A stretch of 64,000 nucleotides of DNA from an uncultured bacterium (GTDB lineage Bacteria > Myxococcota_A > UBA796 > GCA-2862545): positions 74,622 to 138,621 of the forward strand of contig CBDUIC010000003.1 in assembly GCA_965367245.1 (NCBI GenBank), read 5' to 3'. Positions 19,463-26,666 of this stretch are shown here, in pieces (position 1 is the stretch's first letter; the number at the start of each line of letters is the position of its first letter). Made by a program: the position numbers and the translations under genes. The notes beneath the pieces were generated by a model that saw only the letters and a program-made list of their open reading frames with translations, searched no databases and was not told the origin of the DNA.

Positions 19463-19530
19463 CGGCAGCGGCCAAGTAGCGGTGGTGGTTGGCTAGCGGT
19501 GGTGGTTGGCTAGCGGTGGTGGTCGAGCAC
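19446..19530. repeat. 17-nt tandem repeat array, five units in two sequence variants, each unit ending in TAG
   Basis: Units: cggcagcggccaagtag, cggcagcggccaagtag, cggtggtggttggctag, cggtggtggttggctag, then cggtggtggtcgagcac. The desaturase stop (19460-19462) and the minus-strand ORF stop (19510-19512) both lie inside units. Confidence 0.8.
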
Positions 19531-19734
19531 GACCACCTCGGCCAGCGCCGCGACCGGCTGCGCCGAGCCCGGGGCCCCCACAGCTCGTGCTACCGCCCCC
19601 GCTCCCCACGACAGGGCGCCACGCGTGGCCCCCAGCTCGTCGGACGACCACGGCAGGGCCACGATGCCCAACCCGGCCACGGCAATGATTCCCCAGCAAG
19701 CGCTCAGTGTCGTGATCATCTCGGTCCAGTCCAT
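19510..19734 (-). CDS. possible small membrane protein (74 aa)
   Basis: The internal Met at 19734 is preceded by a strong SD (GGAGG, 8-nt spacer). Translation: MDWTEMITTLSACWGIIAVAGLGIVALPWSSDELGATRGALSWGAGAVARAVGAPGSAQPVAALAEVVVLDHHR, with one clear TM helix. It is divergent from the WYL regulator. Weak call. Confidence 0.35.
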   Translation of the reverse strand: MDWTEMITTLSACWGIIAVAGLGIVALPWSSDELGATRGALSWGAGAVARAVGAPGSAQPVAALAEVVVLDHHR

Positions 19735-19812
19735 GGTGAAAACCTCCGGGCCGTAGGTCGAACGCTCTGTGAGCAGAGGTGCCTGCCGGCGGGGTGGAGC
19801 AGCGATGAGAGA

Positions 19813-19885
19813 GAGGTTACTGAACTTCCGTTCACCTGTCAACTGTTCAGGGGTGCCTGGCGCCCGCCCCGCTGACAGGTGAAGG
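19813..19885. promoter_or_regulatory. inverted-repeat-rich region in the WYL-gene leader: an 11-bp perfect inverted repeat TTCACCTGTCA(N31)TGACAGGTGAA, with CTGAAC(N19)GTTCAG overlapping it
   Basis: Read directly. It lies 60-130 nt upstream of the WYL regulator start in a locally lower-GC 209-bp intergenic segment. Confidence 0.45.
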
Positions 19886-19943
19886 ATGGCCCGCATGCAG
19901 GCCAGAAAGTGTCCGCCCCCTCCACGCGATCCTCGAGGTCCCG

Positions 19944-20909
19944 GTGAACAAGTCCCAGAAGCTGGTCAAGATGGTCGAGCTGATGACGCGCCGTGGAGGC
20001 GTGCAGGCGTCCGAGCTGTGCGACCGCTTCGACCTCGATGCGCGTAGCCTCCGCCGCTACCTCGCCGACCTGCGTGAGCTCGATCTGCCGCTGCACGACG
20101 AGGGGCGCGGTGACGATCGCCTGATCAGTCTCGACGCGCGCTGGCGGCGCACAGGCGTGCAGCTGTCCCTCGCCGAGGTGCTGTCGCTGCACTTCGGTCG
20201 CAAGCTGTTCAACTTCCTCGAGGGCACGCAGTTCACTGACGACCTCGATGGAGCGATCGAGCGGCTCGAGCCCGCGATCTCCCGTGCCCATCGCAACCTC
20301 ACGCGCCACCTCGACACCAAGTTCCTGGCGGTCCCCGAGCCCGCGAAAGACTACCGGCTCGCCAGCGACGTGCTCGACGACGTCGTCACCGCACTCGTCT
20401 ACAACAACCCGCTGGAGGCCCGCTACCGGAAGGCCAGCGGCGTCGAGAGCCAGAAGCTGCTCCACCCCTACACCCTCGCCACGTTCCGGCAGGGGCTCTA
20501 CCTGTTCGCCAAAGATGTGGAGGCCAACCTGGTGAAGACCTACGCCGTCGAGCGCTTCGTCGCCGTCGCGCGGCGGCGCGAGAGCTTTCCCGCGCCCCAC
20601 GGATGGCGGCCCGAGGCCCACATCGCTCACGCCTTCGGCATCATCAGCGGCCCTCCCGAGCACGTGGCCATCGCCTTCGCCGAGCGGGTGATCTCCTACG
20701 TGCGCGAGCGCACGTGGCACCCCACCCAGACGTTCGGCACGCTGCCCGACGGCCGGCTCGAGCTGCGGATGAGCGTCGCCACCACCGTCGAGCTGCAGAC
20801 ATGGGTGCAGGGCTTCGGAGCCGACGCCGAGGTGCTTCAACCCGAGGAGTTCCGAGGTCGCGTCGCCTCGTCGCTCCGTCGCGCCGCCACGCAATACCCG
20901 TCCGCATGA
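19944..20909 (+). CDS. WYL-domain transcriptional regulator (N-terminal HTH, WYL and C-terminal WCX-like region)
   Basis: GTG start. HTH-like N-terminus (VQASELCDRFDLDARSLRRYLADLRELDLPL). WYL-domain signature HPYTLATFRQGLYLFAKDVEANLVKTYAVERF. 321 aa. Its stop TGA (20907-20909) overlaps the next ATG (20906-20908). Confidence 0.8.
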   Translation: MNKSQKLVKMVELMTRRGGVQASELCDRFDLDARSLRRYLADLRELDLPLHDEGRGDDRLISLDARWRRTGVQLSLAEVLSLHFGRKLFNFLEGTQFTDDLDGAIERLEPAISRAHRNLTRHLDTKFLAVPEPAKDYRLASDVLDDVVTALVYNNPLEARYRKASGVESQKLLHPYTLATFRQGLYLFAKDVEANLVKTYAVERFVAVARRRESFPAPHGWRPEAHIAHAFGIISGPPEHVAIAFAERVISYVRERTWHPTQTFGTLPDGRLELRMSVATTVELQTWVQGFGADAEVLQPEEFRGRVASSLRRAATQYPSA

Positions 20910-21820
20910 CCCGCCCGCCCGAGCGGCCCGTGAGCCGAGAGCCGTGGCCAGGCCCGACCGATGATCGCGCCCCCTTCGACGAGCCGCCGCACTTCGACAT
21001 CGACGAGGCGTGGCGCAACTACGTCGCCGCCGGTGGGCTCCTCGACCGGGTCGCTCACGATGAGGCGGTGGCGGCCTGCCGCGTCGCGCTCCGCCAGGCC
21101 TGGGCCACCGGAGAGGTGGCCCCCGTCGAGCCCTGGCTGGGTCCCCTGCTGCTGGGCGCGGAGCGGCAGCCCGAGCACCGGCGATTTGCGGCGATCGAGT
21201 CGGTCGCCTCCATCGACACCGTCGTTCGGCTGGCGACCGATCTCGTGCCGGGCCTCGGCAACAGCGCGCCCGACCGGCTGCTGGGCCCGTGGGCCCACGC
21301 CACTAACACCCGATGCCACCCTGCCCTCTTTCGAGCTGCGACAGCCCACGGTGCCTTCCTGGTACCCGACGACCTGCCCCTGTCGGCCTTCCAGCGCTGG
21401 GCCGGTCGCAGCCCGGTGCCGCTGGCAGAGCTCCGCGCGGCCGTGCGGGCCATCGCCCAGGCACCCCTCACCGCGTGGCCCATCCTCTCGGTGGGGGCGA
21501 CGTGGTCGCTAGGCCCCGCGGTCGGCCTGGGCACCTCGGCCCCCGACGTGGCCGTCACGGGTCCCGCGCTACTGCCCGGCGTCGACGTGCCGCAGCCTGG
21601 AGATGTGCTGGTCGGCCGGGTGGTCGCGGCCCCCGGTCAGGCCGTCGCCTTCGCGCCGATCGTGTGCCCTGGGCCTCTCCCCCCATCGTGCGAGGCGTGG
21701 GTCGATCTGCTCACCGTCGAGCACCGCCTCACGGATCGGCGTGGGAGTACCGAAGACGTGCTACGCAGGAACGGACACCTGCTGGTGCAGCGTGTGCTGG
21801 AGGCCGCGTGGCTCCCTTGA
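20906..21820 (+). CDS. hypothetical protein (304 aa) coupled to the WYL regulator
   Basis: The ATGA overlaps the upstream stop. Translation begins MTRPPERPVSREPWPGPTDDRAPFDEPPHFDIDEAWRNYVAAGG. Composition is protein-like, but I recognise no family motif. Its 3' end overlaps the start of the downstream methyltransferase. Confidence 0.5.
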   Translation: MTRPPERPVSREPWPGPTDDRAPFDEPPHFDIDEAWRNYVAAGGLLDRVAHDEAVAACRVALRQAWATGEVAPVEPWLGPLLLGAERQPEHRRFAAIESVASIDTVVRLATDLVPGLGNSAPDRLLGPWAHATNTRCHPALFRAATAHGAFLVPDDLPLSAFQRWAGRSPVPLAELRAAVRAIAQAPLTAWPILSVGATWSLGPAVGLGTSAPDVAVTGPALLPGVDVPQPGDVLVGRVVAAPGQAVAFAPIVCPGPLPPSCEAWVDLLTVEHRLTDRRGSTEDVLRRNGHLLVQRVLEAAWLP

Positions 21821-22569
21821 GCGACGACCCCTACCGCGATCCCCACCTGTACGATCTCGAGTACGCCGACCACGACGAAGACATCGCCTACTACAAGGCG
21901 ATGGCGTGGCAGGCGGAGGGCCCCGTGCTCGAGCTCGGCTGTGGCACCGGTCGCCTCACCCTCCCGATGGCCTCCGTGGGCGCCCATGTCACCGGCGTCG
22001 ACCTGTCGGAGGGCATGCTCACCGGGCTTCGCGCACGCCTGGCCGACATGCCATCCGACGTGCGCGGCCGCGTCGAGGTCCTCCAGGGAGACTTCCGAGT
22101 GCTGGCCCTGGGCCGCCGCTTCGCCACCGTGCTGTGGCCCTTCAACGCGCTGCATCACTGCCGCACCGACGAAGAGCTCGACGCAAGCCTCGAGGTGCTC
22201 CTCGCCCACCTCGCTCCAGGCGGCGTCATCGGGCTCGACGCCTACCTACCCGACATCGAGCTGTACGACCGCGACCCCAACGAGCGCTACGAAGAGCGGC
22301 ACCTCATCGACCCTGTCCGCGGCGAGGCCGTGAAGAGCTGGGAGCAGGGCTGGTGGGATGCCCCGACCCGCACGCATCACGTGGTCTACACCTACGCGTC
22401 GGCGAGCGGCACCCGCAAGGCCCACCTGCGGTTCACGATGTGGGAGCTGCCCGAGCTACGCGCGGCCTTCGCCCGCCACGGCCTGCGCGTGCTGCACGAA
22501 GCTGAAGACTTCCGCAGCACGCCCCTCAACGACAGCTCACTCAAATACGTGGCGCAGCTGTCGCGCTGA
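21808..22569 (+). CDS. class I SAM-dependent methyltransferase (small-molecule/protein type, not a DNA MTase)
   Basis: Motif I VLELGCGTGRLT and motif II-like EVLQGDF. It has no DPPY/NPPW-type motifs. The start is a GTG at 21808 or TTG at 21814 (about 35 aa before motif I). The track ORF begins earlier, in an Arg/Pro-rich stretch that overlaps the preceding gene. Confidence 0.75.
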   Translation: MAPLSDDPYRDPHLYDLEYADHDEDIAYYKAMAWQAEGPVLELGCGTGRLTLPMASVGAHVTGVDLSEGMLTGLRARLADMPSDVRGRVEVLQGDFRVLALGRRFATVLWPFNALHHCRTDEELDASLEVLLAHLAPGGVIGLDAYLPDIELYDRDPNERYEERHLIDPVRGEAVKSWEQGWWDAPTRTHHVVYTYASASGTRKAHLRFTMWELPELRAAFARHGLRVLHEAEDFRSTPLNDSSLKYVAQLSR

Positions 22570-22575
22570 CCGAGC

Positions 22576-24105
22576 TCAGTAGGCGCAGTAGGTAACGCCC
22601 GACTCCTCGCGCTTCTCGGCGCGGAGGTCTTGCGGAGCCCACTTGTCGGACTTGATCTCGGGGATCGTGAACTGACCCTTCAGGTAGACGCGGGTGGTGG
22701 AGTCTTCCCCATCGAGGACGAGGGTGAACGCGCCCTCGGCACTGCCGCCGATACGGAGATCGGAGTTCTCGGAGAACACGACGTAGCTGTAGTTCAGCTC
22801 GCCCCAGCCGTCGTAGCCCGACTCGGTGCCGTCGAGGGCACGCCACTCGTTCATGTGGGTGATGGGCCGGTAGGCGAAGACATCATCGTCTTCGTCAGCA
22901 CGGGCACTGCCCTCGAACTCGATGCGAGCCTGGTCGGCCACACGAGCAATCCGCTCCTCCAGAACGGCCAGGCAATCCGAGTCTTCGTTCAGGTCGCCCG
23001 CATCTTGCTCACACCACCACAGGTAGTCGGCCGTGAAGGCATCACCGAGGCCACCCGCGAGGTCGTCTTCCGACAGGCCGAGGCGCTGGAACAGATCGCC
23101 AAGCTCGGGCTCGGCGTAGGTCGGCGGGCGATGCGAGATGCGCTCTTCGCCGAAGAAGCCCTGGGCAGCCCCTGCAGACCACTGCTCGGGCGTGTACCAC
23201 CAGTCGCTGTTCTCTTCGGGGTTGAACTGGTAGCCGTTGGCGTTGAGGAAGAACAGACGGCCGCCGTCGAGGTAGGGCTCGAGGTGCGCGTAGGGCGCAA
23301 AGGCCTCGTCGTCGCCCTCCAGCGCGGCGATGCGGTCGAGCTCGGTGGACCACTCGTCGATCCAGTCGCCATCGAGGGCCGAGGCCACCACGTCGCCGTT
23401 GTCTTGCACCACGCACTCGGTGGGCTGGAAGAAGCGGTCGACCGCGAACTGGAACCGGATGTCGGCGCCACCTGGCATCGAGTGGTGGAAGCCCACCAGC
23501 AGGTCGCCTTCGTGGGTGACGATGCCCTCGCCCCGCCAGGGGTCGAGCTCGCCGGAGACCACGTGGAAGCCGTCGCGGGACAGCCACGGCTCCTGAATGG
23601 GAGGCCAGAAGCCGTCGCCGTTGTCGTCGCAGTTGGAGGGAGGCAGGTAGAACTCTGCGACCTCGCCGCTCGGCAGCGTGACGACCTCGGTGCCTGCAGC
23701 GCCCACGTTGGGGTCGCTGTCGTCACAGTCGTAGTAGTCGGTGATGCCGTCGTCGTCGTCGTCGAGGTCGGCGATGTCGAGGACAGGGTCGCCGTCGTAC
23801 TCTTCGCGGTTGCCGTCGGTGTCGCGGAAGAAGTGCGCCTCGTCGTCGCCCTCGTCGCCCCAGCCGCAGACGGCCTCCCGATCCTCCAGACGCTGCACCT
23901 CACCGGCCTGCTCATCGACGAAGAATCGGCAGTCGATCTGGTGATAGGTCGCGAAGTTGTCGAGCTTGAGCTGCTCTTTGCGGAGCGTGACCGAGTTGGA
24001 GTCGGCCACGAAGGCAATGAACTCGCCGCTGATCAGCTCGGCGCTCTGCGGGGCGCAGGCGCCAGCGAGCAATGCGGTGACGACGAGAATCTGGGAGGTG
24101 CGCAT
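22576..24105 (-). CDS. hypothetical acidic lipoprotein
   Basis: MRTSQILVVTALLAGACAPQ (lipobox LAGAC). 509 aa, strongly acidic with Asp-rich stretches (DLDDDDDGITDYYDCDDSD). No family recognised. Confidence 0.6.
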   Translation of the reverse strand: MRTSQILVVTALLAGACAPQSAELISGEFIAFVADSNSVTLRKEQLKLDNFATYHQIDCRFFVDEQAGEVQRLEDREAVCGWGDEGDDEAHFFRDTDGNREEYDGDPVLDIADLDDDDDGITDYYDCDDSDPNVGAAGTEVVTLPSGEVAEFYLPPSNCDDNGDGFWPPIQEPWLSRDGFHVVSGELDPWRGEGIVTHEGDLLVGFHHSMPGGADIRFQFAVDRFFQPTECVVQDNGDVVASALDGDWIDEWSTELDRIAALEGDDEAFAPYAHLEPYLDGGRLFFLNANGYQFNPEENSDWWYTPEQWSAGAAQGFFGEERISHRPPTYAEPELGDLFQRLGLSEDDLAGGLGDAFTADYLWWCEQDAGDLNEDSDCLAVLEERIARVADQARIEFEGSARADEDDDVFAYRPITHMNEWRALDGTESGYDGWGELNYSYVVFSENSDLRIGGSAEGAFTLVLDGEDSTTRVYLKGQFTIPEIKSDKWAPQDLRAEKREESGVTYCAY

Positions 24106-24270
24106 GCGGTCCTCGAGCGGGAAGCCAGTGAGCGGACCTTATAGGCGACCCGCAAGGGGGTGGTCAACCCGATCTGACAAGGTTGTCGGTGAGGCAGGAC
24201 AAATGGCGGTGACCCCGCCTTGCACGATGTGAGTGCAACGTCGCGGTTGGTCGTTAACCCACGCCGCGGT

Positions 24271-26646
24271 TCATCGGGCTCCGGTGTCAGCGGTGCTCCC
24301 GGTGCCGGCGGCCGTTCCTACGCCTGTATCCGCGGTCGGCCCGGTCGCCGTGGTGGGGGTGGAGGTGGACCCCTCGGGAGGGTCGGGCACGAGGAAGCGC
24401 AGCGACCCAGAGTCGGTGTCGATGCCGGCGAAGTCGGGCACACCGTCGCGATCGCCGTCGAAGACCAGCACCCCACCCTCCCAGGCGATGGGGTTGTGCC
24501 ACAGCTGCGGAGGCGACACCGCCACCCCGAGGTCACGGTACAGACCGATCACACCCGAAGCGGCGTCGTGGGTCACGAGCTCGGTGACGCCGTCGAGGTC
24601 GATGTCGGCGAAGGTGAGGGTGTCGGCACGACCACCGATCACCGCGAAGGTTCCGTCGGGCGCCACCGAGCGCACGCCGCTGTCTTCCGCCACGATGTAC
24701 CGCGTCACGCCGTCGCCCAGGCGCCACGGAGCGATGGCGCAGCCGGGCGAGCCACACACCTTCACCTCGGGGCCAGCACCGACATCACCGAAGGTGAGCC
24801 CGTAGGCGCCCGCTGCAGTGGTCCGCGACAGCTCACCGAGGGTCGGCCCCAGGAGCAAGACGGTCTCCCCGTCGAGCACGCCCACCGCGGCGCCGGCAGG
24901 ACCCACACCGCAGGTCACCCCACGAGGCTGTGCGATGGGCAGCGTGGCCGACACGATCGGGAAGGTGCGGTCGGACAGGTCGATCGACACCAACGCACTG
25001 TCGAGGAGTGCATAGGCTCGACGGTCGCAGACCACCAGGTCGCGGGGGCTCCCACCGTCGTCGAGGAACGCGTAGCCCACCCGTTCGGAGCGGTCTCCGC
25101 CGACGTCTTCGAGGACCAGGAACTGCAGGCGCCCCGCGTCTTCGTGGAAGGCCAGGAACTCTTCGGTCGCTGGGTCGCCGTCGAGGGTCACGTGCCGCGC
25201 GGGGGGAACCAGCGCCTCACGAAGGAAGGACTCCGAGGGCTTCCGCGGCTCCCAGAAGCGCGTCTCGTCGCCGCGGAACACCCGACCGCGGGTCCATGAC
25301 CAGACGCCCTCGCTGGCGAGGAAGAAGTCGTTGGCGCCGTCTTCGTCGATGTCGTCCACGGCGATGGGGCCGAGATCTTGAAGGTCGGACAGCAGGTTCA
25401 TCCGCGGATAGGTCGCGGTCGCCCCCCGGCCCTGGTTCGACAGCGCCTGAAGCTGCCCGGTCTCCTGAAGGAGCCAGAGGTCGTCGATGAGGTCGCCATC
25501 GCCATCCCCTGCCGCGACATAGGCGGCCTGCTCGTTGTCGAACGACAGGATCAGGATGCCGTCGTCGATGTCGAACAGGTGCACCTGCCGGAGCTGACCG
25601 GGGGTTCGTGGCCCCACCACATGGATCTCATCGGCGCCATCGCCGTCGAGGTCGATGGCGGGCCCCATGGAAGCGCCCGGGGGAAGCAGCACGTTGAGGG
25701 GCGTGTCGGGACCGATGGGCATGTAGCGGGAGGGCGCCCCCTCGATGAACCGCCGCCACGTGCCGTTCGCGAGCAGCACCGTGCCCTGTTGCCGCCCCTC
25801 TGCCGTGTTGTCGCCCACCGCTACGTCGATGGGGATTCCGCCGAGCAGCCGAGGCTCGGCGGCGATGAACCCGAACAGCCCATCCCCGTTCCACACATCG
25901 AAGACGCCGCCGTCGTCACCGCCTGCCCAGGCGATCGCGACATCGGGGAGGTTGTCGCCCGACAGGTCGCCGATGTCGGCTCCGCCCACCGTGTAGCCGG
26001 GGGCCGTGAAGCCTCCTCCCCACGACATCCCGCCGCCATTGCGGCCCCGTAGCAGGAACACGGTCTTCGAGGTCCACGCGATGGCGTCGTCAAACCCGTC
26101 GACGTCGACCTCTCCGGCGCGCAAGCCCAGCACGGGCTCCGACAAGCTCAGCACCTTGTGGGGGCGCAGGCCCTCGTGGTCGACCCACCACACGTCGTTG
26201 CCGTCGATGGCCAGCGCACCGGTGGTGACCCCCACGACCTCTTCCACACCGGCGAGGGGCGCTGCGGCTGACGGCACCAGGCCCGGTGGCTCGTACCAGC
26301 TGGCCAAGCCGTTCATCTGCACCAGGGAGGACCCCGCGCTCACCTCGGTCACGCCTACGGAGTCGATGGTCACGCCGCCGTAGCCGACGCCATCGAACGA
26401 CACCAGGGACGGCACGTCGCCGACCGAGACCGACTGAGGATTGGACGCGACCGCAGCGCCGTACTGGTTGACGGCTCGCACCCAGCCTACCAGCGGCACC
26501 GGCCCCGTAGAGGGCACCGCCTCTACCTGGACCGCCGCCGCGTCGCTGAGCACCTGCGCCGGCGTCACCGAGGGCACCCGCTCTCGGGCGTCGCAGGCGG
26601 CCGAACCAGCAGCCAGGATCACGCTCAGCACTGCGCTCCGACGCAT
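24271..26646 (-). CDS. FG-GAP/VCBS-repeat beta-propeller lipoprotein
   Basis: N-terminus MRRSAVLSVILAAGSAACD (lipobox). It carries repeated FG-GAP-like motifs (GDLSGDNLPDVAIAW, IDLDGDGADEIHVVG, VDDIDEDGANDFFLAS, ADIDLDGVTELV, FDGDRDGVPDFAGI) and a Thr/Gly-rich C-terminal tail. Confidence 0.7.
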   Translation of the reverse strand: MRRSAVLSVILAAGSAACDARERVPSVTPAQVLSDAAAVQVEAVPSTGPVPLVGWVRAVNQYGAAVASNPQSVSVGDVPSLVSFDGVGYGGVTIDSVGVTEVSAGSSLVQMNGLASWYEPPGLVPSAAAPLAGVEEVVGVTTGALAIDGNDVWWVDHEGLRPHKVLSLSEPVLGLRAGEVDVDGFDDAIAWTSKTVFLLRGRNGGGMSWGGGFTAPGYTVGGADIGDLSGDNLPDVAIAWAGGDDGGVFDVWNGDGLFGFIAAEPRLLGGIPIDVAVGDNTAEGRQQGTVLLANGTWRRFIEGAPSRYMPIGPDTPLNVLLPPGASMGPAIDLDGDGADEIHVVGPRTPGQLRQVHLFDIDDGILILSFDNEQAAYVAAGDGDGDLIDDLWLLQETGQLQALSNQGRGATATYPRMNLLSDLQDLGPIAVDDIDEDGANDFFLASEGVWSWTRGRVFRGDETRFWEPRKPSESFLREALVPPARHVTLDGDPATEEFLAFHEDAGRLQFLVLEDVGGDRSERVGYAFLDDGGSPRDLVVCDRRAYALLDSALVSIDLSDRTFPIVSATLPIAQPRGVTCGVGPAGAAVGVLDGETVLLLGPTLGELSRTTAAGAYGLTFGDVGAGPEVKVCGSPGCAIAPWRLGDGVTRYIVAEDSGVRSVAPDGTFAVIGGRADTLTFADIDLDGVTELVTHDAASGVIGLYRDLGVAVSPPQLWHNPIAWEGGVLVFDGDRDGVPDFAGIDTDSGSLRFLVPDPPEGSTSTPTTATGPTADTGVGTAAGTGSTADTGAR

Positions 26647-26666
26647 GCATCCTCCGTCAGCGAACC

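Noticed and set aside
20603-20905. First 101 codons of the 405-aa track ORF (20603-21820)
   Set aside because: The Arg/His-rich translation overlaps the C-terminal WYL/WCX region of the regulator in another frame. The ATG at 20906 overlapping the regulator stop (ATGA) is a far more plausible start.
21313-21807. N-terminal 165 codons of the 418-aa track ORF upstream of the methyltransferase core
   Set aside because: The Arg/Pro/Gly-rich stretch overlaps the preceding coupled gene in another frame. The methyltransferase fold (motif I at about aa 36 from the GTG/TTG start) does not need it. It is treated as a non-coding frame overlap.
24106-24270. Palindrome TTGCAC-N8-GTGCAA in the leader of the acidic lipoprotein gene
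   Set aside because: A 6-bp inverted repeat alone is expected by chance. No second copy or -35/-10 context supports an operator call.
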